Virus record (IMG/VR): IMGVR_UViG_3300044614_000224
Coordinates: 14,839 to 78,838 of that record
Origin: a virus
Taxonomy: Duplodnaviria; Heunggongvirae; Uroviricota; Caudoviricetes
DNA: 64,000 bases
Direction: 5' to 3' (one strand)
This document shows positions 40,119-49,264 of the stretch, one piece after another. A program made the translations under genes and the position numbers. Numbering within the stretch: position 1 is the stretch's first letter; every line of letters begins with the position of its first letter. Under the pieces are notes generated by a model. That model was not told the origin of the DNA and ran no database searches. It saw only the letters and a list, made by a program, of their open reading frames with translations.

Positions 40119-40727
40119 TGATACTGAAAGAGAGCTCTTAATTGGGCTCTCTTTCTTCTTCATATATGTGGGTGGGCAGTGAAAGTGCTTTGGGTGGGAC
40201 AATTAATCCTCATAACTCATTGATTTACAATATATTCTGTGAGTATACACAGACAGCTGTGTAACCTCTCATGGATAAATACACCTTTTTTGATAACAAG
40301 CATATGTAAAACATAATACAATACATATAGCATTAAATACAAATAACATGTATAGAGCAGTATTTCTTATGAAAGATAAATCTATTATCACTATGATGTT
40401 TGAAAACTATCCTAATGATGATATGATTGTTGATTCTGGTTTTAATTGGGATGATATATCATCTTATAGAGTCTATTTTGGTAGATAATGGCTCTTTTCT
40501 TTTAATGTACCATTTCAGCTTCCCAAGGGCTGACAGATGTAATCAGTGGGAGTCATGACCCAACCATCTACCTACTGAGAGTTTAATAAACTCAGGTCTT
40601 AAAAAAGGATGTATTACATTTGAGTACAGAGGGATTTTGCATCCTATTATAACATGGCTGTATAACTGTCTACTGACTTACAGTTAAATGATATGCTCAG
40701 GGCTGAAGCATGTTTAGGATGTGTTTT

Positions 40728-40800
40728 AGTCAGGTGGCAATTTGGTAATGCAAGGGAGATTTATCTCTCTATAATGCAGGTTCAAATCCTGTCCTGACTA
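40728..40800 (+). tRNA. tRNA-like element with canonical acceptor and T arms but a non-canonical anticodon arm
   Basis: 7-bp acceptor stem agtcagg/cctgact spaced 73 nt apart. T-arm gcagg-TTCAAAT-cctgt. D-loop contains GG. The anticodon region folds as gagat/atctc with a loop of 2-4, 6 or 8 nt rather than 7. Confidence 0.35.
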
Positions 40801-40995
40801 CTCTTATTATCAAGCATTTATATATGCTTGCAGGAAGAGTGCCCTCAATCCTGGGTCAGGCGATCTATCGAAGCTAGGTTGTCTGACCAAACAAAAGGGG
40901 CTTGTTGCACATGAAACACATTAGAATATATATGCTGAGGCAACATTAGGCTATATATTCGCTTTTTACACACACATACACCAAAAAACACATAT

Positions 40996-41268
40996 ATGAA
41001 ACTAGAACTTATTAAAGACGACAACAACAAACTTAGTGGTTACAAAATCATTAGAGAAACAGAAGATGAACTCGAAGCTATTGAGATGGTTAGAGATATG
41101 TACTTCTGGGGACATTTAGGTAAGCTTAAATACGGTGGACGTAGTTCTGCTCCTGAAACTGATGATACTTCTGAGCTTAGATTTGTTACAGAAGAGTATG
41201 CAGAACAGGAGAAGACTAAATTATACAAGTATTTAGAAGGATTAAGACAGCAAAGAAACGAGCAATAG
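40996..41268 (+). CDS. hypothetical early protein (90 aa)
   Basis: ORF. Confidence 0.5.
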   Translation: MKLELIKDDNNKLSGYKIIRETEDELEAIEMVRDMYFWGHLGKLKYGGRSSAPETDDTSELRFVTEEYAEQEKTKLYKYLEGLRQQRNEQ

Positions 41269-41274
41269 TATAAC

Positions 41275-41328
41275 ACATATCCTTTTGGATTAGCCTTGTA
41301 CGTACGAAAGGTAAAGGATATGTTTTTT
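41275..41328 (+). terminator. rho-independent terminator
   Basis: 11-bp perfect stem acatatccttt / aaaggatatgt enclosing an inner hairpin, followed by TTTTTT. Confidence 0.5.
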
Positions 41329-41366
41329 CATAACACACACATTATCAACCATTTAAACACAATCAA

Positions 41367-41666
41367 ATGAAACTTTTATTCGCAACATTATGTGTAATTG
41401 CCTCAATATCAGGCAGTTATCTAGCATTGTTTGGAAACACGTTAACACACACATTAGTGGGTACAATACTCATCTTATGTGGAACTATTTTTGTTCTTCT
41501 CCTTATTATTAAGGATTATAGAGAGGAAATAGATTTTTGGAAGAGCATGAAAGGCTTTATATTTGTTATTACATTAGTATCATTCACCGCTTGTAGTGGT
41601 CCAAACAAGTTAAAGTGTCCTAAGGACACATCTTGGGAGACATCACGCAGAAATAACCTCAGATAA
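41367..41666 (+). CDS. small membrane protein (99 aa)
   Basis: Three predicted transmembrane segments (LLFATLCVIASISGSYLALFG..., GTILILCGTIFVLLLII, IFVITLVSF). Confidence 0.5.
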   Translation: MKLLFATLCVIASISGSYLALFGNTLTHTLVGTILILCGTIFVLLLIIKDYREEIDFWKSMKGFIFVITLVSFTACSGPNKLKCPKDTSWETSRRNNLR

Positions 41667-41668
41667 AA

Positions 41669-41809
41669 CATGAAAACAGTACAATTAACACCAAAGGAGT
41701 TTTATGTATTCAAGCAGGTAGTTAAGTTTAACTACGTGATTGAGCTTATTAAGAAACAAACAGTCTTTATTAGGGCTGATGCAAAACAATTAGAAAGTCT
41801 AGGCTATTA
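41669..41809 (+). CDS. possible 46-aa ORF below the track cutoff
   Basis: ATG MKTVQLTPKEFYVFKQVVKFNYVIELIKKQTVFIRADAKQLESLGY; it fills an otherwise non-coding gap. Confidence 0.25.
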
Positions 41810-41844
41810 AACCTAGGCTTTCTTTCACATTAAACTATTATATT

Positions 41845-42384
41845 ATGTTTATAGATTGCAAGCTCGTACTTAAATCATATGTACCTGAGAAATTAGAGAA
41901 GGGCATGTGGTTCGTAAGAGTTAAAACAGAAGTGATATATGGAGATAAACAAGAATATCTCTGTGTAACTCAATTAGATATAGTTCCTAGGGATATGGAA
42001 ACATATCTCACATTTAATGGCTATCCTGTTAAGCCATATCTTGTATATCCAATGATTAATCCTGATGATACAGAGGTGATAGCAGCCTATCCTGAACAGA
42101 TAGGTTGGTGGGATGAGGGAGAACATGTGGATGAACTAAGGGATATAACAGTGAAAGACATCAATAATATATTGGAGTGGGACAATTCAATGGTACAAAT
42201 AGAGGTGCTTGATGATGAGGAGGATGAAGAAGATGGTACACCAATTCCATTATTATATGATAACAAGGTGACTCTCAGAGATGTACATACAATAGATCAT
42301 AATGAAGATTGGGATGATGATGAAGATCATCTAGATGATGGAGATGATGATGTATGGGATCCTGAGGACCACAATACAGAATAA
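41845..42384 (+). CDS. highly acidic early protein, candidate DNA-mimic / anti-restriction protein (179 aa)
   Basis: The C-terminal half is dominated by D/E (DDEEDEEDG, DWDDDEDHLDDGDDDVWDPEDH). It is the first sizeable gene of the early unit after a terminator. Confidence 0.5.
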   Translation: MFIDCKLVLKSYVPEKLEKGMWFVRVKTEVIYGDKQEYLCVTQLDIVPRDMETYLTFNGYPVKPYLVYPMINPDDTEVIAAYPEQIGWWDEGEHVDELRDITVKDINNILEWDNSMVQIEVLDDEEDEEDGTPIPLLYDNKVTLRDVHTIDHNEDWDDDEDHLDDGDDDVWDPEDHNTE

Positions 42385-42408
42385 TATTTATTAACCAACA
42401 CACACGAA

Positions 42409-42582
42409 CATGCAAGAATTACTAAACTTATTATCACAGGTGGTTAAAAACCAAGAACAGCCACCTAAGATTGAAATCAAATTTAAAACAACAGAACCAG
42501 ACACCAGACCACAATTTGAAGAATGGTGTCAGGAATACAATGTTGGAATGCTTTGGGATCGCTCTGCGGTCCATCTTGGTTA
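42409..42582 (+). CDS. possible 57-aa ORF below the track cutoff
   Basis: ATG MQELLNLLSQVVKNQEQPPKIEIKFKTTEPDTRPQFEEWCQEYNVGMLWDRSAVHLG; more protein-like than the overlapping 63-aa track ORF at 42471-42662. Confidence 0.3.
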
Positions 42583-42598
42583 GTGTTATGTGGTGGAT

Positions 42599-42637
42599 AA
42601 GAGAGCTCTCAATTAAGTTTGGGAGCTCTTTTTATTT
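42599..42637 (+). terminator. rho-independent terminator
   Basis: Stem agagctc(tc) / (gg)gagctct of 7-10 bp with loop aattaagttt, followed by TTTTTATTTATT. Confidence 0.45.
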
Positions 42638-42673
42638 ATTGTCAATTATTTACTCATTATAAAAAACAAACAA

Positions 42674-42988
42674 GTGAAAAACCGTAAGAATTACACACAG
42701 ACAGAACTTCAGTTCATTGAAACAGCTTCTCAATCAAGAGGTACAGCTAAAAGAATAGCTAGAAGAGTAGCTAAAGAGTTAAAACGCTCAGAGATTGGTG
42801 TTTACATCCAAGTTATGAAGTATCGTAGAATGCAAAAGGCTGCAAATGGTACAACAACAACAGCTGTTGCTGCTCCAATTGTTGCACAGCCAGCAAAACC
42901 AGCTGTTAAAACAACAAAGAATTTTGTACTCAACTTCACACCAAAGAAAACAGAGGTGTTCCAAGATCACGTTAGACTTTATTTCTAG
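42674..42988 (+). CDS. hypothetical basic protein (104 aa)
   Basis: ORF. Confidence 0.5.
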   Translation: MKNRKNYTQTELQFIETASQSRGTAKRIARRVAKELKRSEIGVYIQVMKYRRMQKAANGTTTTAVAAPIVAQPAKPAVKTTKNFVLNFTPKKTEVFQDHVRLYF

Positions 42989-43006
42989 TCACCAAAAACC
43001 AATACA

Positions 43007-43211
43007 TATGCCAAACGCTACATTAGTCTATTCATCAAGACTACATCCAAGAAATCACATTACAGTGTATTATGCAAGTAGTACAAACTGGAATGCTACA
43101 AAGCTTATTGATGCTATTATAGCTGCATCAAAACAACGTAGAGTTGTTCCCAAGAACAATACATTTGTATTTATGGGTAAGGTTGTACGCAAAAAAAATG
43201 TTGGGCAGTAA
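43007..43211 (+). CDS. hypothetical protein (67 aa); the N-terminal part of track ORF 42846-43211 is a frame-overlap artefact
   Basis: ATG MPNATLVYSS... begins after the stop of the preceding gene. The upstream poly-Q portion of the track ORF overlaps 42674-42988 out of frame. Confidence 0.35.
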
Positions 43212-43222
43212 GTAAAACAATG

Positions 43223-43260
43223 AGCCCTGTGTACTATCTTTGTACATGGGGCTTATTTTT
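43223..43260 (+). terminator. strong rho-independent terminator
   Basis: 12-bp stem agccctgtgtac / gtacatggggct (two G-U pairs), loop tatcttt, then TATTTTT. Confidence 0.55.
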
Positions 43261-43278
43261 AACATTAAATAAACTAAT

Positions 43279-43590
43279 ATGAGCGTAGAATGCGTATGTA
43301 TCAATGATGGTGGTAGACCAAAAGAAATACCAGCAAACAAATGGGTTAAGAAGGGTAACACATACACAGTGATATTCACTGTAACTGTATTACCACAGAA
43401 GGAATTAGGTGTACAGCTAGCTGAAATAGAGCTAACAGACAGAGAATTACCATATGAATACTTTTTAGCCAATAGATTTGCATTTACAGAGGAGAATTTA
43501 AAGAAACTAATTGAATTAATTAAAGACTGTTCTGATATAACGTTCTCAATGGATGAACTATTGAAACAAACAGAATTAGTTGAAGCATAA
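43279..43590 (+). CDS. hypothetical protein (103 aa)
   Basis: ORF. Confidence 0.5.
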   Translation: MSVECVCINDGGRPKEIPANKWVKKGNTYTVIFTVTVLPQKELGVQLAEIELTDRELPYEYFLANRFAFTEENLKKLIELIKDCSDITFSMDELLKQTELVEA

Positions 43591-43601
43591 ACATTAGTCT
43601 T

Positions 43602-43823
43602 ATGAAATGGGAAATAATAGATGATGCACCAAAGGTTGGTGACATTAGATTCAAAACCAAGTTTGCATGGCTACCAACACGTGTTCTAAGCAAGTTAACT
43701 AACACAGATTATATAATATGGTTTGAGTTGTACATTGAAGAACAAAAGTATATAACAAAATACAACGGTTGGGCTGGTGAAGATCAATGGTGGGAAACTG
43801 TAGCTAAAACAATACATATATGA
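43602..43823 (+). CDS. hypothetical protein (73 aa)
   Basis: ORF; ATGA overlap with the next gene. Confidence 0.45.
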   Translation: MKWEIIDDAPKVGDIRFKTKFAWLPTRVLSKLTNTDYIIWFELYIEEQKYITKYNGWAGEDQWWETVAKTIHI

Positions 43824-44026
43824 AAACAGCAGTAGATTGGTTAGTAGACCATTTATATTTGGTTATACCTAAAGAAGAAACAAACTTTATTGAAGGCTTA
43901 AGGATAGAAGCACTTGAAAAAGAAAAACAGCAGATAATAGATGCTTGTTGGTATGGACACGATATAAAACATGAATATTTTAATCCAATACATTACATTG
44001 ATAAAACATACCCTCAAAACAAATAA
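43820..44026 (+). CDS. hypothetical protein (68 aa)
   Basis: ORF. Confidence 0.45.
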   Translation: MKTAVDWLVDHLYLVIPKEETNFIEGLRIEALEKEKQQIIDACWYGHDIKHEYFNPIHYIDKTYPQNK

Positions 44027-44028
44027 CC

Positions 44029-44217
44029 ATGGAAGCTAAAATACTAATACACATTACAGACAAAAAGGTGGCACTTGATGTTGAAGGAGAAAACACATCA
44101 TTAATAGCAGGTCTTGCCACTGTATTACTGTCAGAAGAGGGTGGTCAGTTTAGAGAACTATTAATATCAGCATTTGAATTAGCAGACAGTGAAGTTGAAA
44201 AACTAAAAAAGCAATAG
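44029..44217 (+). CDS. hypothetical protein (62 aa)
   Basis: ORF. Confidence 0.4.
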   Translation: MEAKILIHITDKKVALDVEGENTSLIAGLATVLLSEEGGQFRELLISAFELADSEVEKLKKQ

Positions 44218-44219
44218 CC

Positions 44220-44408
44220 ATGGATCCACTATATGACTATTTGTTCCATTATAACCATTACCAAGGTTTATGGCATGCAATACCAAGAGCAAAATATTTA
44301 GACTATTGGACTAATGAGAATGTAGAAGGTGTACTAAAAGCAAAAGAGGTACATGTTCTAATTGATTTGATTAGTCGTGGTCAAGAGTTTATTGACACTA
44401 TTAACTAA
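44220..44408 (+). CDS. hypothetical protein (62 aa)
   Basis: ORF. Confidence 0.4.
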   Translation: MDPLYDYLFHYNHYQGLWHAIPRAKYLDYWTNENVEGVLKAKEVHVLIDLISRGQEFIDTIN

Positions 44409-44415
44409 TTTAGTT

Positions 44416-44622
44416 ATGACAGTTATAGGTAAAATAATACAGAAACGATCCATAATGAATCAGAATGATTTCGATACATGGATATTAGAGAATTTAAATA
44501 TATTATTTGAAGAAGAGAAACAAATGTTAACAGATGCTATGATGTACGCTTTTGATGAAGATGGACACACAGGCACATGGAAACATGATGTAATTAACAA
44601 ATATTATGACAAAATCAAATGA
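44416..44622 (+). CDS. hypothetical protein; start trimmed to the ATG after the previous stop
   Basis: In frame with track ORF 44377-44622; MTVIGKIIQ... begins at 44416. Confidence 0.4.
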   Translation: MTVIGKIIQKRSIMNQNDFDTWILENLNILFEEEKQMLTDAMMYAFDEDGHTGTWKHDVINKYYDKIK

Positions 44623-44803
44623 AAACAGTAATAATAACAATCATAGTGTGGGAGATACTAAGAAGACTAGTAGGAAGATTAATCCTGTGGTACATGAACG
44701 GAAGATGAAAATAGCTTTCTTCACTCTTGGTATTATAGCATACATAGGATTGTTTGTAATGGGTGTATTTCAGAAGATTGTAGAACTATTTAAAAGAGAT
44801 TAA
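44606..44803 (+). CDS. small membrane protein (65 aa)
   Basis: Hydrophobic segment IAFFTLGIIAYIGLFVMGVF. Confidence 0.4.
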   Translation: MTKSNENSNNNNHSVGDTKKTSRKINPVVHERKMKIAFFTLGIIAYIGLFVMGVFQKIVELFKRD

Positions 44804-44804
44804 C

Positions 44805-45008
44805 ATGAAAACAAAGAAAGAGGAAGAAAAAATATACATGGTAATATTTAAAGGAGAAGAACTATGGGTAATGGGCACAAAACAAGATGTTATTAATGAC
44901 TTTGATGAGAATTCTGATACATATATGAGCAACTACAAAGATATTGATATTTATGAGGTGCCTAAACCCATTTCATTTGGATTTGTTACACCTTCAATAG
45001 TATTTTAA
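44805..45008 (+). CDS. hypothetical protein (67 aa)
   Basis: ORF. Confidence 0.4.
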   Translation: MKTKKEEEKIYMVIFKGEELWVMGTKQDVINDFDENSDTYMSNYKDIDIYEVPKPISFGFVTPSIVF

Positions 45009-45010
45009 TT

Positions 45011-46963
45011 ATGAATATACTCATCTATGATATAGAAACCATGCAGGAGCTGTTTCTAATAGGTATATACAATCCTGATACACAGCAGTGGTATGAATTC
45101 CAGGTGAGTAGAAATCTTAACCAATTAGATGCATTCACTAGGTTTACAGAGGAACATGCTGATTACTATTGGGTTGGATATAACAATCTACGCTTCGATA
45201 GTCAGGTGGTTGAGTGGGTGTTACGTAATCATGGTGACTGGTATGATTTAAGTGCATTAGAAGTGTGTGCTAAAATAGCACAGAAAGCTGCTGATGTGAT
45301 ACATGATGCTAACTATGATGTATTTCCTGAGTATAGAGAAGAATGGCTCACCCTCAAACAAATAGACCTATTCAGAGTGAATCACTATGATAATAAGAAT
45401 CGTAGAGTTAGCTTGAAGAGGTTAGAGTTTGAGATGGATCTTCCAAACATTGAAGAGATGCCTATTCATCATACTAAAACTGATATGACTGATGAGGAAA
45501 TACAGCTCACTATTGACTATTGTCGTAATGATATATATGCTACATATGAATTCTATTTGGTAACCATTGGTCAGACAGACCATCCTTTGTACAAGGGTAA
45601 TAACCAAATAGAGCTCAGACAGGATATATACAATGAGTTTGGTATTCCTTGTTTAAACTATTCTGACAGTAAGATAGGTGATGAGATGATTAAGAAGTAT
45701 TACTGTCAAGAGAAGAATATGTCCTACAGTGATTTACCAAAGAAAGGATATTTCAGAAAGCAAGTGAGAGCCAAAGATTGTATTGCTCACTATGTGGATT
45801 TCCAGACACCAGAGCTAAAAGACTTTCTGAAGCATGTAAAGAAGCAGATATTCACACTCACTGATGAATTTAAAGAGTCATTAGAATTCTATGGCAACAC
45901 TTATACATTTGCCAAGGGTGGGCTACACACAGAAAACAAGCCCAAGATATTTGAGGCTGATGAAGATAACATCATAGTTGATTGGGACGTTAGTTCATAC
46001 TATCCAGCTATTATCATTAACAATGGTAAATATCCACAGCATTTGGGTAAAGAGTTTCTTAGAGGATACAAACAGATGTTTGAGAAACGATTGGAACTCA
46101 AGCCATTAGCTAAGAAGGATAAGAAGATTAAAGGTATTGTTGGTGCATTGAAGCTTGCTGTAAACTCTGTGTATGGTAAGAGTTCTGATATGCAATCATG
46201 GATCTATGATAGACAACTAACTATGTTCACCACTATTACAGGTGAGTTGAGCTTACTTATGCTTATTGAGGCATATGAATTAGCTGGCATACGTGTAATA
46301 TCTGCTAATACAGATGGAGTGACAATACTTGTAAAAAATGCAAGTTTTGATACTATGACTGCTATCAACAAGTGGTGGATGGACGTAACTCAGTATGAAT
46401 TAGAGCGTACTGATTATGCAAAGATTATATTCTCTACAGTAAATGACTATTTAGCAATTAAAACCGATGGAGAAATTAAGAAGAAGGGTGACTTCCTCAC
46501 TGATTTTGAGCTACACAAAAATAAGTCAGCTAGGATTGTACCTATTGCTCTCGAGCATTATTTTGTTAATGATGTGCCTGTGGCTGATACCATTCATAAT
46601 TGTACAAATATATATGACTTTTGTCTCAGACAAAAAGCAAGTAAAGACTTCCATTATGAAGGAATAGCCAATGGTAAGAAAACAGTGTACAATAAGCTAA
46701 TCAGGTATTATGTGTCTAATAAGGGTGAGAAGCTGTTAAAGGTGAAGAACCCTGAATGTCAGTCTAATGCTGCAGATGTATCTCAAGTGGAAGCAGGTGA
46801 TTGGGTGATGCATGTATGTAATCATCTACCACTAGATCATCCTCTGGATAACATCAATTATGCTTATTACATAGAACGTGCTGAACGTATTATCAGCAAA
46901 ATACAATTAGAAGGTAAAAAGAGAAAGGTGACAATCAATCCTAATCAATTAAGTTTATTCTAA
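45011..46963 (+). CDS. family-B DNA polymerase with 3'-5' proofreading exonuclease (650 aa)
   Basis: Exo I (IYDIET), Exo II (YNNLRFDSQ), Exo III (YCRNDIYATYEFY), motif A (DVSSYYPAII), motif B (KLAVNSVYGKSS) and motif C (SANTDGV) all appear in the correct order. Confidence 0.85.
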   Translation: MNILIYDIETMQELFLIGIYNPDTQQWYEFQVSRNLNQLDAFTRFTEEHADYYWVGYNNLRFDSQVVEWVLRNHGDWYDLSALEVCAKIAQKAADVIHDANYDVFPEYREEWLTLKQIDLFRVNHYDNKNRRVSLKRLEFEMDLPNIEEMPIHHTKTDMTDEEIQLTIDYCRNDIYATYEFYLVTIGQTDHPLYKGNNQIELRQDIYNEFGIPCLNYSDSKIGDEMIKKYYCQEKNMSYSDLPKKGYFRKQVRAKDCIAHYVDFQTPELKDFLKHVKKQIFTLTDEFKESLEFYGNTYTFAKGGLHTENKPKIFEADEDNIIVDWDVSSYYPAIIINNGKYPQHLGKEFLRGYKQMFEKRLELKPLAKKDKKIKGIVGALKLAVNSVYGKSSDMQSWIYDRQLTMFTTITGELSLLMLIEAYELAGIRVISANTDGVTILVKNASFDTMTAINKWWMDVTQYELERTDYAKIIFSTVNDYLAIKTDGEIKKKGDFLTDFELHKNKSARIVPIALEHYFVNDVPVADTIHNCTNIYDFCLRQKASKDFHYEGIANGKKTVYNKLIRYYVSNKGEKLLKVKNPECQSNAADVSQVEAGDWVMHVCNHLPLDHPLDNINYAYYIERAERIISKIQLEGKKRKVTINPNQLSLF

Positions 46964-47140
46964 TGGGCAAATCACAATTTAAAATTGCAGCAGACCTTGT
47001 AATATCTGATATGCAAGAGAATGGATATAACAAAATTGCGGACTCACCTTACTATTGGGCATATGTTCGCTTTTTTAGAGAAATTAATAGCAACTTTGAT
47101 GAAGAAAAGTTTGTTAATTACATAGTAAAGAGAATCTAAT
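46964..47140 (+). CDS. possible 58-aa ORF below the cutoff
   Basis: ATG overlapping the polymerase stop (TAATGG), ending in an ATG overlap with gene 47139; MGKSQFKIAADLVISDMQENGYNKIADSPYYWAYVRFFREINSNFDEEKFVNYIVKRI. Confidence 0.3.
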
Positions 47141-47393
47141 GGCAAAGGTTAACAGAGAAAATATTTCAGAGCATTTGCTTGATTATCAATTAGATATAAT
47201 TGGTAAGTCAATACAAGAAGCACATATGACAAGAGAATGGTACAACAAATGGACCATGACACAAGAGCAACACGATCAGTTCAAAGCTTATGCATTACCA
47301 CTAATCAAAAAAGTGTTTAAATGTAATAAGTCAAGAGCTGAGAGTACATTTGATTTTTTTGATTTACAATTTGGATTACGTATTAAAAATTAA
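47139..47393 (+). CDS. hypothetical protein (84 aa)
   Basis: ORF. Confidence 0.45.
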   Translation: MAKVNRENISEHLLDYQLDIIGKSIQEAHMTREWYNKWTMTQEQHDQFKAYALPLIKKVFKCNKSRAESTFDFFDLQFGLRIKN

Positions 47394-47435
47394 AACTATG
47401 GAAAAGCAATTATTCGTTATCGATGGTTACAAGAT

Positions 47436-48050
47436 TTGGGCTTATACAATGGAAGAAGCTCAAAAACATTACGAAATGATAAAAAACTTTTAATTATGGG
47501 AGCAAGTTGGTTTCAACAAGTAGGATATGGTAAAACATTACAAGATGCATACAACAGTGCTTGTGAAGAAGCAGAAGATGAGTATGGACATCAGGAAGGA
47601 TATAATGGTACAATCAGCACCACACATGGTGTTAGAGACATTACAGAGGAGTATAAGAGAAGTAAACTAGACTTAGAACCATTTGTACGTTCTAAAGTGG
47701 AAATATTAAACAAAAGAGACTGTTGTTCGATTTGCTTACAAGAGCCTGTTGGAAATAAGAACAAAGTTAAATCTCAAGTTGCTGATATAGTAACAAAAGG
47801 TACAAAGAAATGGGTTTTAAAATATACAGTATCTTTACAAAGAAATGATTCACCTCTTGGTTCATATGATACAAAAGGTGAAGCTGTTGCCAAAGCTAGA
47901 GCATATACAGAATCAACACAGCAAGCTACTGAAGTTTATATGGAAAAAACACTTGAGAAAGTTACACCTATTGTAGCTAGAATTACATACAAGAAAGCAC
48001 CAACAGAAAAACCAGGTAAATGGATGTTCTTTGGTTGGGCTGCAGAATAA
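47436..48050 (+). CDS. hypothetical protein (204 aa)
   Basis: ORF. Confidence 0.5.
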   Translation: MGLYNGRSSKTLRNDKKLLIMGASWFQQVGYGKTLQDAYNSACEEAEDEYGHQEGYNGTISTTHGVRDITEEYKRSKLDLEPFVRSKVEILNKRDCCSICLQEPVGNKNKVKSQVADIVTKGTKKWVLKYTVSLQRNDSPLGSYDTKGEAVAKARAYTESTQQATEVYMEKTLEKVTPIVARITYKKAPTEKPGKWMFFGWAAE

Positions 48051-48285
48051 AACTAAACATATGCCAGATATAACAATGTGCAAAGGTGGTCATTGTATGC
48101 TAAGACTTAGCTGCCACAGATATACAGCAAAAGCTGATGAATTAGCTCAATCGTTTTTTAGTGAACCTCCATATAAGATAAGCATGATGTTAGATGATGT
48201 TGAGAAATCATTAGGTGTCGTAACATTAAGTTGTGCTTATTTTTGGAACAATGCAGAAGAAAGAGATGAAAAACCTAAAGATTAA
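48031..48285 (+). CDS. hypothetical Cys/His-containing protein (84 aa)
   Basis: ORF containing CKGGHCMLRLSCHRY. Confidence 0.4.
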   Translation: MVGLQNKTKHMPDITMCKGGHCMLRLSCHRYTAKADELAQSFFSEPPYKISMMLDDVEKSLGVVTLSCAYFWNNAEERDEKPKD

Positions 48286-48466
48286 CGAAGATTTCGAAAG
48301 GGAATCTCTTAAAGATTTAGTATATTTGCAAGAGGAGAGCCATGAGCTTGATAAACAAATCCAAGAGGAGATAAATAAGTTTAGAAAGCCTGCAGCTATA
48401 TTTATTGTGGATACAGATAAAATCTTAGAGAGAGATGAAGTTAGACATAACGTACTTCCATTTTGA
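48266..48466 (+). CDS. hypothetical protein (about 66 aa); start trimmed to the internal ATG
   Basis: In frame with track ORF 48233-48466; MKNLKINEDF... Confidence 0.35.
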   Translation: MKNLKINEDFERESLKDLVYLQEESHELDKQIQEEINKFRKPAAIFIVDTDKILERDEVRHNVLPF

Positions 48467-49058
48467 GGAACTACTCAAGAAAGGATACAACCTAGATGTT
48501 GTATTTCTATTAAAGCTTATAGAGGAGAATTATGATGTTCGTGCATTGAGAGATGATAACATTAAGATAGAAGCTCTTTATCAAACGTTAGTTAGGAAAG
48601 GATTGATTACAGAAAAGGGACTAACGCTCACAGGTAAAGAGCTTCTAAAATTTATTAACATCAAAGAACCAACTGTCAGGATACAAAAGAAGGTGGACAT
48701 CACATCAGAGTTTGAAGAGTGGTGGAAAGCTTTTCCAGGTACAGATTCATTTACACACAAAGGGAAGAAGTTCTCAGGTGGTAGAACATTGAAGAGAACC
48801 AAGGAAGACTGTCAGTTGAAATTTGATAAGATATTAGAGGAAGGAGAATATACAGCAAAAGACCTAATAGATTCGTTGAATCTAGATGTGTTACAAAAGA
48901 AAGAGAATTCTGTAAAGACAGGAACTAATAGGTTAACATACATGCAGAATAGTCTCACTTATTTAAACCAGCGTTCTTTTGAACCCTTTATAGACCTATT
49001 AAAAGAAGGCTATAATGTGGAAGATAAAGCACCTACAAATGGAGGAACTGATATATGA
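48435..49058 (+). CDS. hypothetical protein (207 aa)
   Basis: ORF. Confidence 0.5.
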   Translation: MKLDITYFHFEELLKKGYNLDVVFLLKLIEENYDVRALRDDNIKIEALYQTLVRKGLITEKGLTLTGKELLKFINIKEPTVRIQKKVDITSEFEEWWKAFPGTDSFTHKGKKFSGGRTLKRTKEDCQLKFDKILEEGEYTAKDLIDSLNLDVLQKKENSVKTGTNRLTYMQNSLTYLNQRSFEPFIDLLKEGYNVEDKAPTNGGTDI

Positions 49059-49264
49059 CACCCAAAGAAAAGGCAGAAGAATTAGTATATAAGTATTATA
49101 CATTTGGTATTAATAATATAGCTTCTCCTTCTTATAGTTTACATGAATGTAAGCAACTTGCATTAATAGCAGTGGATGAGATATTAGACACCATAAAGTG
49201 GTGCATTGGTGATAGCCAAGTTGAATATTGGCAAGATGTTAAAAAAGAAATAGAACTACTATGA
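49055..49264 (+). CDS. hypothetical protein (69 aa)
   Basis: ORF; ATGA overlaps on both sides. Confidence 0.4.
   Translation: MTPKEKAEELVYKYYTFGINNIASPSYSLHECKQLALIAVDEILDTIKWCIGDSQVEYWQDVKKEIELL

Noticed and set aside
40560-40600. Possible second tRNA from the 7-bp complementary ends ggatgta...tgcatcc near 40610-40650.
   Set aside because: The arms are only about 38 nt apart, too short for a tRNA, and no T-loop motif is present.
42846-43006. Poly-Gln N-terminus of track ORF 42846-43211.
   Set aside because: This part overlaps gene 42674-42988 out of frame. The real gene probably starts at the ATG at 43007.
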